Source: an uncultured Flavipsychrobacter sp.
GTDB taxonomy: Bacteria > Bacteroidota > Bacteroidia > Chitinophagales > Chitinophagaceae
DNA: 64,000 nucleotides
NCBI GenBank assembly: GCA_964531655.1
Contig: CAZHDM010000003.1
Coordinates: 185,712 to 249,711, forward strand
Direction: 5' to 3'
Part shown: positions 9,774 through 19,340 of the stretch, piece by piece
Numbering within the stretch: position 1 is the stretch's first letter
Layout: each line of letters opens with the position of its first letter
The notes under the pieces: generated by a model
Databases searched by the model: none
What the model saw: the letters and a program-made list of their open reading frames with translations, nothing else
Told to the model about the DNA's origin: nothing
Program-made: the position numbers and the translations under genes

Positions 9774-10859
9774 ATGAACGATAAAAATAATTATGTAGCC
9801 ATTATGGCCGGCGGTATCGGCAGCAGGTTCTGGCCTGTAAGCCGTACAAAGTACCCTAAACAATTTATTGACCTTTTAGGTACCGGAAAATCGCTGATAC
9901 AGTGGACCTATCAAAGATTTGAGAAAATTGTTCCCAAAGAGAATATATACTTCATAACTAATGAGTCATATATAGAAACACTACAGGAGCAAATACCTGA
10001 GATCAACCCCGAGAACATAATAAGTGAGCCTTCTCGTAAAAACACAAGTCCTTGTGCAGCTTACTTTGCGCATAAAATAGTTGCTCAAAACCCTGATGCG
10101 AATATCATCATGTCTCCTGCAGATCACCTGATAATGGATGAGGATGCATTTAAGCAAACCGCCATGGACGCTTTAAAGTTTGTGTCTGAGCACGATGCAT
10201 TACTTACCTTGGGTATTAAGCCGACAAGACCTGATACTGGCTATGGCTATATCCAATACGATATGGAGAATGAGCTGAATAAGGTCTATCGTGTAAAAAC
10301 ATTTACTGAAAAACCTTCTTTAGAGCTGGCGCGTACGTTCATTAAAAGTGGTGACTTCCTTTGGAACTCAGGCATTTTCGTATGGAATGTAAAAACCATT
10401 ATGACCGCGCTTGAAAAACATCAGCCTGAGCTTAACGAAGTATTCCTCCAAGCTAAAGATGTATATAATACTCCTGATGAGCATGACGTTATTAGTCAAC
10501 TATATGCTCAGTGTACCAACATATCGATCGATTATGGTATCATGGAAAAAGCTAAGAACGTATATGTAATACCTTCTTACTTTGGCTGGTCCGATCTGGG
10601 TACATGGGAGTCTGCCTATGAGAATTCTAAAAAAGATTATCTCGGTAATGCTGCATATGGTAAAAATGTGATGATCATTGATGCCAGTGAATGCATGGTA
10701 AAAGCTCCTGATAATAAGTTGGTGGTACTACAAGGTCTTGAAGAATTTGTAGTAATAGATACCGATGATGTACTGCTCATATGTGAGCGTAATCGTGAAC
10801 AACAAATAAAGGAATACGTAGCCGAAGTAAAACGTAACAAAGGCGATAAGTTCTTATAA
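9774..10859 (+). CDS. manC: mannose-1-phosphate guanylyltransferase
   Basis: Nucleotidyltransferase P-loop AIMAGGIGSRFWPVSRTKYPKQF; about 360 aa. Confidence 0.85.
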   Translation: MNDKNNYVAIMAGGIGSRFWPVSRTKYPKQFIDLLGTGKSLIQWTYQRFEKIVPKENIYFITNESYIETLQEQIPEINPENIISEPSRKNTSPCAAYFAHKIVAQNPDANIIMSPADHLIMDEDAFKQTAMDALKFVSEHDALLTLGIKPTRPDTGYGYIQYDMENELNKVYRVKTFTEKPSLELARTFIKSGDFLWNSGIFVWNVKTIMTALEKHQPELNEVFLQAKDVYNTPDEHDVISQLYAQCTNISIDYGIMEKAKNVYVIPSYFGWSDLGTWESAYENSKKDYLGNAAYGKNVMIIDASECMVKAPDNKLVVLQGLEEFVVIDTDDVLLICERNREQQIKEYVAEVKRNKGDKFL

Positions 10860-12001
10860 TGCACTTACCTCAAAAACATTCAGCTAAAGGAAATACGATA
10901 TTTACGGTCATGAGTGCATTAGCTCATGAACATAATGCCATAAACCTGTCACAGGGTTTTCCTGATTTTCCTATTGATGAATCGTTAGGTAATTATCTTT
11001 CTGAAGGCTCTAAAGCAGGTTTCAACCAGTATGCTCCTATGCCGGGACTACCCATGCTTACCGAAGCTGTAAGTAAAGATATTCAGGATAGGTATGGTGT
11101 GACAGTAGACGCTAAAACAGAGATAACAATTACCCCGGGAGCTACTTACGGGATATACACTGCATTTACATCTATTCTTGAGCAAGGTGATGAAGTAATA
11201 GTATTAGAGCCTGCCTACGATAGCTATATACCTAACATCGAGACCAACGGTGCCAAAGTTGTGCCTGTGTCTCTGACTGCACCTACATATAATGTAGACT
11301 GGAATAAGGTAAAAGATGCTATCACAACTAAGACCAAAGCTATAATCATTAATACCCCACATAACCCTACTGGTGCTACATGGTCAGAAGAGGACTGGAA
11401 TACACTAGCAGATATAGTTCGTGATACAGATATTTTCATCTTGTCTGACGAGGTATATGAGCAGCTGATATTTGATGCTAAAAAACACTACAGTGTATTA
11501 CAGCACAAAGAGTTAAGGCAACGCAGTTTTGCTATATTCTCTTTTGGAAAAGTGTATCATAACACTGGCTGGAAGATGGGATACTGCATAGCACCCTCGG
11601 AAATGACTAATGCTTTTAGAAGGATACATCAGTTTTTATGCTTTTCTGTAAACACACCGGCTCAGTATGCTCTTGGCAAATATTTATCTCAACCTGACAG
11701 ACCTGATGTAAGCAGCGTGATGCAGCAAAAACGGGATCACTTTCTCAATTTGCTAAAGGATACTCCTTTCACCATTCATCAACCTGCAGGCGGTAGCTAT
11801 TTCCAAACAGCTAGCTATGAGCAGATCAATGATATGCCCGATACTGAGTTCACCCAATGGCTCACGAAGGAGTATGGAGTAGCTACTATCCCGGTAAGTG
11901 CATTTTATAGCAATAAACGTGATGATAAGATCATCAGATTTTGCTTTGCAAAAAAAGAAGATACGCTGCAGGCCGCTGTGGCTCAGCTTACTAAACTGTA
12001 G
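10859..12001 (+). CDS. class I/II PLP-dependent aminotransferase (YbdL/methionine aminotransferase-like)
   Basis: NTPHNPTG motif and the PLP-lysine region SFGKVYHNTGWKMGY. Its start overlaps the manC stop (TAATG). Confidence 0.85.
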   Translation: MHLPQKHSAKGNTIFTVMSALAHEHNAINLSQGFPDFPIDESLGNYLSEGSKAGFNQYAPMPGLPMLTEAVSKDIQDRYGVTVDAKTEITITPGATYGIYTAFTSILEQGDEVIVLEPAYDSYIPNIETNGAKVVPVSLTAPTYNVDWNKVKDAITTKTKAIIINTPHNPTGATWSEEDWNTLADIVRDTDIFILSDEVYEQLIFDAKKHYSVLQHKELRQRSFAIFSFGKVYHNTGWKMGYCIAPSEMTNAFRRIHQFLCFSVNTPAQYALGKYLSQPDRPDVSSVMQQKRDHFLNLLKDTPFTIHQPAGGSYFQTASYEQINDMPDTEFTQWLTKEYGVATIPVSAFYSNKRDDKIIRFCFAKKEDTLQAAVAQLTKL

Positions 12002-12032
12002 CGCTTATATACCTTAACAAACCCTTCCTATC

Positions 12033-13826
12033 ATGCAGCATAATATAACAAGAACTGTTACGCTCATATTTGTAGCTCTTCTGCTGTATACTTTACTGTA
12101 CATTAATTGGTTCTTATTTAGTAATACCTCTGCAGAAATTGTTACAGAAGTATGTAAGCAATTATATCTACCGCACCTAACAGAAGAGTATCAAAATAAT
12201 AGTAACACGATTAGACTGATCAATATGGTGAGGGGATTAGTATTACTAATTGACCTGATACTATTATTTAGAATATACTCTGCTCTTGTGAATAAGAATT
12301 ATTTGCTTGGTAGTAGCGTTCACAGGGCATTTGATAGTATTGGATACTCTCTTCTAGAAAACTATGAACACATTAAAACTCAAGATCGCATTATCAGGCT
12401 TGGGCTATTAACCATCCTTAGTTTACAGTTCATTTCGTTTTCATACCTGATTATATATAGCCCGTACAGTTATGATGAAGTACATACTTATACCCACTTT
12501 TCAGGAATAGGTATCTTCTCTTCGATGGCTTATTATCCATTACCCAACAATCATATATTACACAATGTATGTTCTGTATTTTTTCTAAGCCTACCCATTG
12601 GTAGGTTAGTTGCCATAAGGTTGATCAGCTTCTTAGCCAGCTTTGTATCTACTTTCTACTTCTATAAAATGGCAAGTAAAATTGTAACCCCTAAAGCATC
12701 AATACTTGCCACGGCTCTATTTTCTTTCTCTTATCCATTTGTTCTTTATAGCAATCAGGCTAGAGGCTACAGCCTGATCATACTATTTGCTGTCTTGTGT
12801 TGTTATGCTTACCTCTGTATCATTAACGAAACGAATAAATTGAAGTATATAATACTCTACAGCCTATCTAGCATACTAGGCTTTTATGCTATACCTTCTT
12901 TTCTATACTTCTTCGTAGTCATCAACGCTTTAATGTTGCTAACTACATTAATTCCTTTCAACAGAAAAAGAATAGTTCAATTTATAACAGCCAATCTAGT
13001 AATTGCAGTAATTACTTTTTTACTATACCTGCCTATCATACAAAGAAACTCATGGGAAGCTCTCTCACAGCACAGTGGCTTACCTCCAGGGGAGACAAGA
13101 GGTATCAGTGAACTCATAAAGGCACACCTATACGCTTTAAGAGATTACATAGCAGGTACTAATGCTGTTGGTTTTGACTGGATATATTTATTACTGGGTA
13201 TAGTTGCGGTAAGCATCATTAGAAAGAATAAAACCTCACGATACACCGGCCTGATGATAATGGCATTAATATTATCTCCTGTGGTTATCATCAATATACA
13301 CCAGACCGTACCCTTCACACGTACCTGGTCTTATTTGATCATACCTATATGTCTAGCTATTGCAATAGTATTTGATTTAATTGGCTCAGGGGTTTCGTAT
13401 TTATTGAAGAGTAAAAGAACCGTTATCCTAAACAGCATTTTCAACTTACTGGTGATAGCTGGCAGTATTAGTATGCTATACCGATATGATAAAAAGCATA
13501 AAGTAGACTATGAGATAGACTACGTTGTCAACAACTATACAAATATGCTCGAAGGTAAGATTAAGTCTATGACCACTTACTCTAACACTTATGGATCTGG
13601 AGATATGGCATTTTACTTATCTGAAGGTTTTGCTTTTAAAAATATGGTGATGACGAGTGATCAACAGCTCAACTTCAGACCTATAAATACCATTTCAGAG
13701 CAGCCGCTATGTGACTTTATAGTGTTGGATAAAAAACTTTCAACTCAGCAAAACGGTCTTGACTTATACCAAAAAGTGAACTATGAAAATGATTACTTTA
13801 TTCTATACATCCGTAAAGACCTTTAG
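12033..13826 (+). CDS. GT-C-fold membrane glycosyltransferase (GT39/ArnT/PMT-like)
   Basis: 597 aa, polytopic. The first loop carries YSYDEVHTY, resembling the Asp-Glu (DEVHF) motif of protein O-mannosyltransferases. The gene is AT-rich. Confidence 0.6.
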   Translation: MQHNITRTVTLIFVALLLYTLLYINWFLFSNTSAEIVTEVCKQLYLPHLTEEYQNNSNTIRLINMVRGLVLLIDLILLFRIYSALVNKNYLLGSSVHRAFDSIGYSLLENYEHIKTQDRIIRLGLLTILSLQFISFSYLIIYSPYSYDEVHTYTHFSGIGIFSSMAYYPLPNNHILHNVCSVFFLSLPIGRLVAIRLISFLASFVSTFYFYKMASKIVTPKASILATALFSFSYPFVLYSNQARGYSLIILFAVLCCYAYLCIINETNKLKYIILYSLSSILGFYAIPSFLYFFVVINALMLLTTLIPFNRKRIVQFITANLVIAVITFLLYLPIIQRNSWEALSQHSGLPPGETRGISELIKAHLYALRDYIAGTNAVGFDWIYLLLGIVAVSIIRKNKTSRYTGLMIMALILSPVVIINIHQTVPFTRTWSYLIIPICLAIAIVFDLIGSGVSYLLKSKRTVILNSIFNLLVIAGSISMLYRYDKKHKVDYEIDYVVNNYTNMLEGKIKSMTTYSNTYGSGDMAFYLSEGFAFKNMVMTSDQQLNFRPINTISEQPLCDFIVLDKKLSTQQNGLDLYQKVNYENDYFILYIRKDL

Positions 13827-13829
13827 ACT

Positions 13830-14588
13830 TTACAAGTAATCATAGCTTAGTTTGATGATTAATGCTATGGCTATTATGATGAAGAATAACCTTATAAAAC
13901 CACTACCTCTTTTTATAGCCACATGCGTGCCTGCGTAGTTGCCTAGCATATTACACAATGCTACGGGTAATGCTATAGACCATACCACAAAGCCCTTTGC
14001 GATAAAGAATATTAGCGCCCCTATATTAGCTGTTACATTGATCACCTTTGCATGTGCAGATGCATGCAAAAAATCATGCCCGTATAAAAAGATAAATGCA
14101 AATACCAGAAAGCTACCCGTACCCGGCCCTATCAACCCTTCATACAAACCAAGTACGCCACCTATTATTATAGCATATACGTACACTTTATAGCCTGTTA
14201 TATCCTTTGGCTTGGCATGTAAACCCAACTCTTTTTTAACCATAGTATATACCAGCACTACTACCAATACACCAATTATAAATGGCATGAATTGCTCTTT
14301 ATGTATATAGCTTACCAGCAATGCTCCGCAGAATGACGCCAGTAATGCTGCAACAATACCTGGAGCCAGGTGCTTCCAATCTATGCTCACCTTCTTTATA
14401 TATCGTACTGCTGCCACAGAGGTACCCGAAAAGGAGGCTGTTTTATTAGTAGCTAATGTTTGTACAAGACTAAGCTGAGGCTGTAAGATAAACAGAGCAG
14501 GCAGCTGTATCAAACCACCACCGCCAACTACCGCATCTACAAAGCCGGCTATAAAAGCGAGTATGCAAAGTAAGATTAGAGACAACAT
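13830..14588 (-). CDS. TauE/SafE (TSUP) family anion exporter
   Basis: 252 aa with about 8 TM segments. N-terminal region AGFVDAVVGGGGLIQLPAL. Confidence 0.8.
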   Translation of the reverse strand: MLSLILLCILAFIAGFVDAVVGGGGLIQLPALFILQPQLSLVQTLATNKTASFSGTSVAAVRYIKKVSIDWKHLAPGIVAALLASFCGALLVSYIHKEQFMPFIIGVLVVVLVYTMVKKELGLHAKPKDITGYKVYVYAIIIGGVLGLYEGLIGPGTGSFLVFAFIFLYGHDFLHASAHAKVINVTANIGALIFFIAKGFVVWSIALPVALCNMLGNYAGTHVAIKRGSGFIRLFFIIIAIALIIKLSYDYL

Positions 14589-14645
14589 AAAAAAGCCACC
14601 CTCAAAAAGGATGGCTAAATGTATTAAAATAAAATTGCCTGTCTA

Positions 14646-15773
14646 TTAATAAGTGATCACCTGTTCTTCAATTGTTTCCGGCAACTCCCTGAATTCGTAC
14701 TGCTGGTTACGGAGTTGTGGTTCAAAGCCAGCCTGCTTGATAGCCTCCTGAATACCTTTGTAAGTAAAACGGTGTGGTGCACCTGCTGCACTCACAACAT
14801 TCTCCTCAATCATTATAGAACCAAAATCGTTTGCACCTGCATGTAAACATAACTGAGCTACTTCTTTACCAACTGTCAGCCAAGAGGCTTGTATGTTCTT
14901 GATGTTAGGCAGCATAATACGGCTTAGAGCTATCATCCTTATATACTCTTCAGCAGTGGTCAGATTCTTAGTACCGCGAATGCGTTTAAGTAAAGTATCT
15001 ACATCCTGGAATGTCCACGGAATGAAAGCAATAAAACCTTTTGCCTCTTCAGGCTTCTTAGCCTGCACCTCTCTTATTTTTACCAGGTGCTCAAAACGCT
15101 CTTCAATCGTCTCCACATGGCCAAACATCATCGTAGCGCTTGTAGTTAAACCTACGTTATGCGCATCGTGCATGATGTCTAACCATTCCTGCGCGCCACA
15201 CTTACCTTTAGATATCAGTCTGCGTACTCTATCGTTAAGTATCTCTGCACCAGGACCCGGCATACTATCCATACCCGATTCTTTTAATGCAGTCAACGCT
15301 TCATGCGGCGTTACTCCCGACACCTTACAGATATGTGCTATTTCGGGTGGTCCTAATGCATGAAGTTTCAGGCTAGGAAACATCTCCTTTAGTTGACGAA
15401 ATAAATCTGTATAATATTCCAGCCCTAGCTCAGGGTGGTGTCCTCCTTGTAGTAGAAGCTGCTCACCACCGTACTTAAAAGTTTCTTCTATTTTTTCTTT
15501 GTAAGTAGCTATATCTGTAACATAAGATTCAGGATGGCCCGGTATGCGGTAGAAGTTGCAAAATTTACAATTGGCAATACATACGTTAGTGGTGTTCATG
15601 TTCCTATCAATGATCCACGTAACCTTATTATGAGGTACCTGCTTTTTACGTAGCTCATTTGCTACATACATCAACTCTGTTAAAGGAGCATGCTCAAACA
15701 AATGCACACCCTCTTCTATACTCAAAAACTCAAATGCCAACGCACGACTATATATCTCAGATAACTTCATCAC
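14646..15773 (-). CDS. radical-SAM enzyme of the CofH/MqnC/MqnE family (futalosine-route menaquinone biosynthesis)
   Basis: CIANCKFCNF is a CxxxCxxC cluster motif. About 375 aa. I cannot distinguish MqnC from MqnE by eye. Confidence 0.8.
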   Translation of the reverse strand: MMKLSEIYSRALAFEFLSIEEGVHLFEHAPLTELMYVANELRKKQVPHNKVTWIIDRNMNTTNVCIANCKFCNFYRIPGHPESYVTDIATYKEKIEETFKYGGEQLLLQGGHHPELGLEYYTDLFRQLKEMFPSLKLHALGPPEIAHICKVSGVTPHEALTALKESGMDSMPGPGAEILNDRVRRLISKGKCGAQEWLDIMHDAHNVGLTTSATMMFGHVETIEERFEHLVKIREVQAKKPEEAKGFIAFIPWTFQDVDTLLKRIRGTKNLTTAEEYIRMIALSRIMLPNIKNIQASWLTVGKEVAQLCLHAGANDFGSIMIEENVVSAAGAPHRFTYKGIQEAIKQAGFEPQLRNQQYEFRELPETIEEQVITY

Positions 15774-15790
15774 TAAATTTTACTATGCTA

Positions 15791-15798
15791 CAAAATTA
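15791..15798 (-). promoter_or_regulatory. candidate -7 box (TAATTTTG) for the mqn-family gene
   Basis: The minus strand reads TAATTTTG, 17 nt before the ATG. Confidence 0.4.
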
Positions 15799-15911
15799 AA
15801 CTAAAAAGCTTTGTACTATATATAAATATCCGATTGTTGTATATCTCAACTTGATGCTAATTTTTTTGCCAAATATGCATTCTGACTGCATTTTCCCTAT
15901 TTTTACACCTC

Positions 15912-16406
15912 ATGAGCACGCATATACTGACATTATTTGGCGAAGAGATAGTACCTGAGCAATTGGATGCTGTGGGTAAAAAGAAGAGTGCTCCGAAAAA
16001 AAAGAAAGAGCCTAAGCAAAAAAGCGAGCCTAAAGAAGAGCAAGTAGAAGAACCTACTCCTGTTGCTGAAGACCCTTTGAAAGACTGGACAGGTGAAAAG
16101 AAATATTATACCATTGGTGAGGTAGCCAAGCTATTTAATGTACGCACTTCTAACATCAGGTATTGGACAAAAGAGTTTAGTCTGAGAGTACGTACCACGC
16201 GTAAGGGAGACAGACTATTTACTCCTGAGAACATTAAAGAGATACGCACGATCTACCATCTGGTAAAACACAGAGGCTTTACCATAAACGGAGCAAAGAC
16301 CAAGCTTAAAGAGAGTAAAAAGCTCTCGGTAGAGAGCATCGAGCTTAAAGACTCCCTGCTGCAACTACGTAACAAGCTGGTAGAACTGAAGAACAGCATT
16401 AAGTAA
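15912..16406 (+). CDS. MerR-family transcriptional regulator with a Lys/Glu-rich N-terminal extension
   Basis: HTH region YTIGEVAKLFNVRTSNIRYWTKEF. Confidence 0.8.
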   Translation: MSTHILTLFGEEIVPEQLDAVGKKKSAPKKKKEPKQKSEPKEEQVEEPTPVAEDPLKDWTGEKKYYTIGEVAKLFNVRTSNIRYWTKEFSLRVRTTRKGDRLFTPENIKEIRTIYHLVKHRGFTINGAKTKLKESKKLSVESIELKDSLLQLRNKLVELKNSIK

Positions 16407-16915
16407 TGAAATACTTATTATCTGCTTTATTCCTATTATTAGTTATGCAATCAAACGCACAATCGTATAAGAAGTATACTGATGATGACATCAAACATGT
16501 CATTTATCAAGGCAAGATAACATTTGACCAGTTAGATGCAGAGACCACGTTTGACTGGTGGACCGCAGGTAAAGAATCTTACCAGCCTGATGCTGATGCA
16601 ATAGCTTTTCTCAAAGAACATTTAAAGGATTATACTATCGTAACTGTGCTTGGTACATGGTGTCCTGACTCTCATGATATGGTACCTGAAGTATACAGAG
16701 TTTTGGAAGAGGCTGACTATCCGATAGATTACCATCTGATGTTTGCTGTAGATCTTCAAAAGAAAGGTCTTCACGGAGAGGAAAATAAATATAAGATACA
16801 GAGTGTCCCAACAGTTATTCTTTACAAGAATGGTAAAGAGGTGGGGCGCATTGTAGAAACTGTAGCTACATCTGTAGAAGCAGACATAATGGAAATCATC
16901 AATAGTACTCGCTAG
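16406..16915 (+). CDS. secreted thioredoxin-fold protein (monothiol WCPDS motif)
   Basis: Signal peptide LLLVMQSNAQS and LGTWCPDSH in place of the CxxC motif. Its start overlaps the MerR stop (TAATG). Confidence 0.7.
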   Translation: MKYLLSALFLLLVMQSNAQSYKKYTDDDIKHVIYQGKITFDQLDAETTFDWWTAGKESYQPDADAIAFLKEHLKDYTIVTVLGTWCPDSHDMVPEVYRVLEEADYPIDYHLMFAVDLQKKGLHGEENKYKIQSVPTVILYKNGKEVGRIVETVATSVEADIMEIINSTR

Positions 16916-16973
16916 ATAGCTGCTTCGCTCATCTCAACACATTTCTTTACTTTTACACCCTTAGTTATTCAAT

Positions 16974-18449
16974 ATGGTGTTACCTGATCATATATCAATA
17001 GATGCATTAGCGGACTATTTAAATAGCGATATTCAGCTATCTGATGATGCTATACAACGCATACAAAAAAATCGCACTTATTTAGAACAGATAATCAGTA
17101 AAGGCGAAACCTATTACGGTATCAATACCGGGTTTGGTTCTTTGTGTGATGTACGCATCAGTGATGATCAGCTGGCACAGCTACAGGAGAACCTTGTATG
17201 TTCTCATGCCTGTGGCATGGGCGATGAAGTACCTGAAGAAGTAGTTCGCCTGATGGTGCTATTGAAAGCACACGCTCTTAGCATCGGGTATAGCGGTGTA
17301 CGGACAGAGATAGTACAGCGCCTAGTAGATTTTTATAATCTGGGTATTACTCCTGTTATATATCAACTGGGATCTTTAGGTGCCAGTGGCGACCTTGCTC
17401 CTCTTGCTCATATGAGCTTGCCTATATTCGGTAGAGGCATGGTAAGGTATAAAGGCGAACTAAAAGCCAGTGAAGAGGTATTGAAAGAAGTTAACCTCGA
17501 GCCTATACCATTATCAGCAAAAGAAGGGCTCGCACTGTTGAATGGCACTCAGTTTATGAGTAGTTATGGTAGCTGGTCAGTATCTACGGCTAAAAGACTT
17601 TCTGCATGGGCAGATGTTATAGGTGCTTTATCTGCAGATGCTTTCAATGCTAAGAACTCACCTTATCAGCACCCGATACACAGAGTGCGTCCGCATGAAG
17701 GACAAACACTTACTGCTAAAAGGATATTAGAGCTACTTGATGGTAGCGAAATGCAGCAGCAAGATAAACCTCAAGTGCAAGACCCATATTCATTCCGATG
17801 CATACCTCAGGTGCATGGTGCTACAAAAGATGTCATCAAATCCGTAGCATCAGTAGTAGAGGTGGAGATCAACTCTGTAACAGACAACCCTATAGTGTTT
17901 CATGATGAGGATGAGATCATCAGCGGAGGAAACTTCCACGGGCAACCAATTGCACTACAGCTAGACTTTTTGGCAATAGCCATGTCTGAGCTTGCTAATA
18001 TATCTGAAAGAAGAACTTACTTACTCATAAGCGGGCAGCGAGGCTTGCCGCCTTTCCTTGCACCAAAGGCAGGGCTGAACAGTGGCTTCATGATAGCGCA
18101 ATATACAGCAGCAGCTATCGTCAGCCAGAACAAACAGCTGTGTACGCCTGCATCTATTGATAGTATTGTGAGCAGTAATGGCCAGGAAGATCATGTGAGC
18201 ATGGGTGCTAATGCGGCAACAAAGCTGCATAAGCTGATACTGAATGTACAACGTGTATTGGCTATAGAGCTACTGACAGCTGCGCAAGCAATTGAGCTGA
18301 AAAGACCCGCTAAAACATCTGCTAAACTGGAAAAACTATTAGCTGAATTCAGGAAACAAATATCTCCAATGGATACTGACAGGCTATTGCATGATGATAT
18401 GGTGGCAGCAGAAAAGTTCTTACAGCAGCACCCTGATACTATTTTATAA
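16974..18449 (+). CDS. hutH: histidine ammonia-lyase family (MIO-dependent aromatic amino acid ammonia-lyase)
   Basis: GSLGASGDLAPLAH contains the MIO-forming Ala-Ser-Gly triad. 491 aa. Confidence 0.85.
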   Translation: MVLPDHISIDALADYLNSDIQLSDDAIQRIQKNRTYLEQIISKGETYYGINTGFGSLCDVRISDDQLAQLQENLVCSHACGMGDEVPEEVVRLMVLLKAHALSIGYSGVRTEIVQRLVDFYNLGITPVIYQLGSLGASGDLAPLAHMSLPIFGRGMVRYKGELKASEEVLKEVNLEPIPLSAKEGLALLNGTQFMSSYGSWSVSTAKRLSAWADVIGALSADAFNAKNSPYQHPIHRVRPHEGQTLTAKRILELLDGSEMQQQDKPQVQDPYSFRCIPQVHGATKDVIKSVASVVEVEINSVTDNPIVFHDEDEIISGGNFHGQPIALQLDFLAIAMSELANISERRTYLLISGQRGLPPFLAPKAGLNSGFMIAQYTAAAIVSQNKQLCTPASIDSIVSSNGQEDHVSMGANAATKLHKLILNVQRVLAIELLTAAQAIELKRPAKTSAKLEKLLAEFRKQISPMDTDRLLHDDMVAAEKFLQQHPDTIL

Positions 18450-19332
18450 GCTTATAGTTCCTGTAACTCATATTGATGCCGAGGTTATTCTCTGCAACAC
18501 GCTTCAGTCGCTCTTTTAGCGGTGTTCTGTTGAATGATATATCGTAATCAAAGCTCCAGTTGCTGGCAGCTATACGCTCTTTCATTACCTCCGGGTGCGT
18601 GCCCTCAAACTTTTTCACCGCATCTATATGTGTTGCATAGTCAAACGCTTCTGCTTTTACTACATTCTTTTCCACCCAGTCATCATCATGCCATAGCTTA
18701 TGAAATATCTCCTGCTTGCGCTGCATAGCACGAGGGTCTTTCACCCATCCATAATGATATACATAAGCATCTAATAGCTTTACATTCAGCTTTTCATTGT
18801 CTCCTTTTCTGAAACCCTGCGCGTCCTGATAAGAGTAAATACTTTTGTCGTTTCTAACTATCCTTATCTCGTATGGATACCATCTGGATGAAGTACCCAC
18901 ATAATCATAAGAACCGTAAAAGTGTAAGTATTTAAATAATAGCCCGTCTATGTTTTTATCATCTTTCCAGCGCTTCATACCTGCTAATATGGTATCATGA
19001 TATTGCTCGTGTATGATCTCATCACCCTGTATGTAAAAACACCAATCTGCATCCGCTCCTACTGCTTGAAACGCCTTGTTGGTCTCTTCGGCTAATACTC
19101 TGCCGCCTGTACGCAGACTATCGTCCCACACAGTTTCTATGACCTTTATCTTATCGGGATCAATACTTTTTATGAGATTTAAGGTGTCGTCTTCAGACTT
19201 ACCTACTGCTATTACAAAATCATCGCACATGGGTAGTATAGACTTAAGCGCCTCTACTATCGGGTAATCGTATGTAATAGCATTCCTGATGAATGTAAAG
19301 CCTGTCACCTTCATGTGCTGCAAAATAAACAA
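18439..19332 (-). CDS. putative glycosyltransferase (GT2-like)
   Basis: Soluble, about 290 aa. The N-terminal FIRNAITYDYPIVEALKSILPMCDDFVIAVGKSEDDT looks like a GT-A fold. The assignment is weak. Confidence 0.5.
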   Translation of the reverse strand: MFILQHMKVTGFTFIRNAITYDYPIVEALKSILPMCDDFVIAVGKSEDDTLNLIKSIDPDKIKVIETVWDDSLRTGGRVLAEETNKAFQAVGADADWCFYIQGDEIIHEQYHDTILAGMKRWKDDKNIDGLLFKYLHFYGSYDYVGTSSRWYPYEIRIVRNDKSIYSYQDAQGFRKGDNEKLNVKLLDAYVYHYGWVKDPRAMQRKQEIFHKLWHDDDWVEKNVVKAEAFDYATHIDAVKKFEGTHPEVMKERIAASNWSFDYDISFNRTPLKERLKRVAENNLGINMSYRNYKLIK

Positions 19333-19340
19333 AGCTTTGC

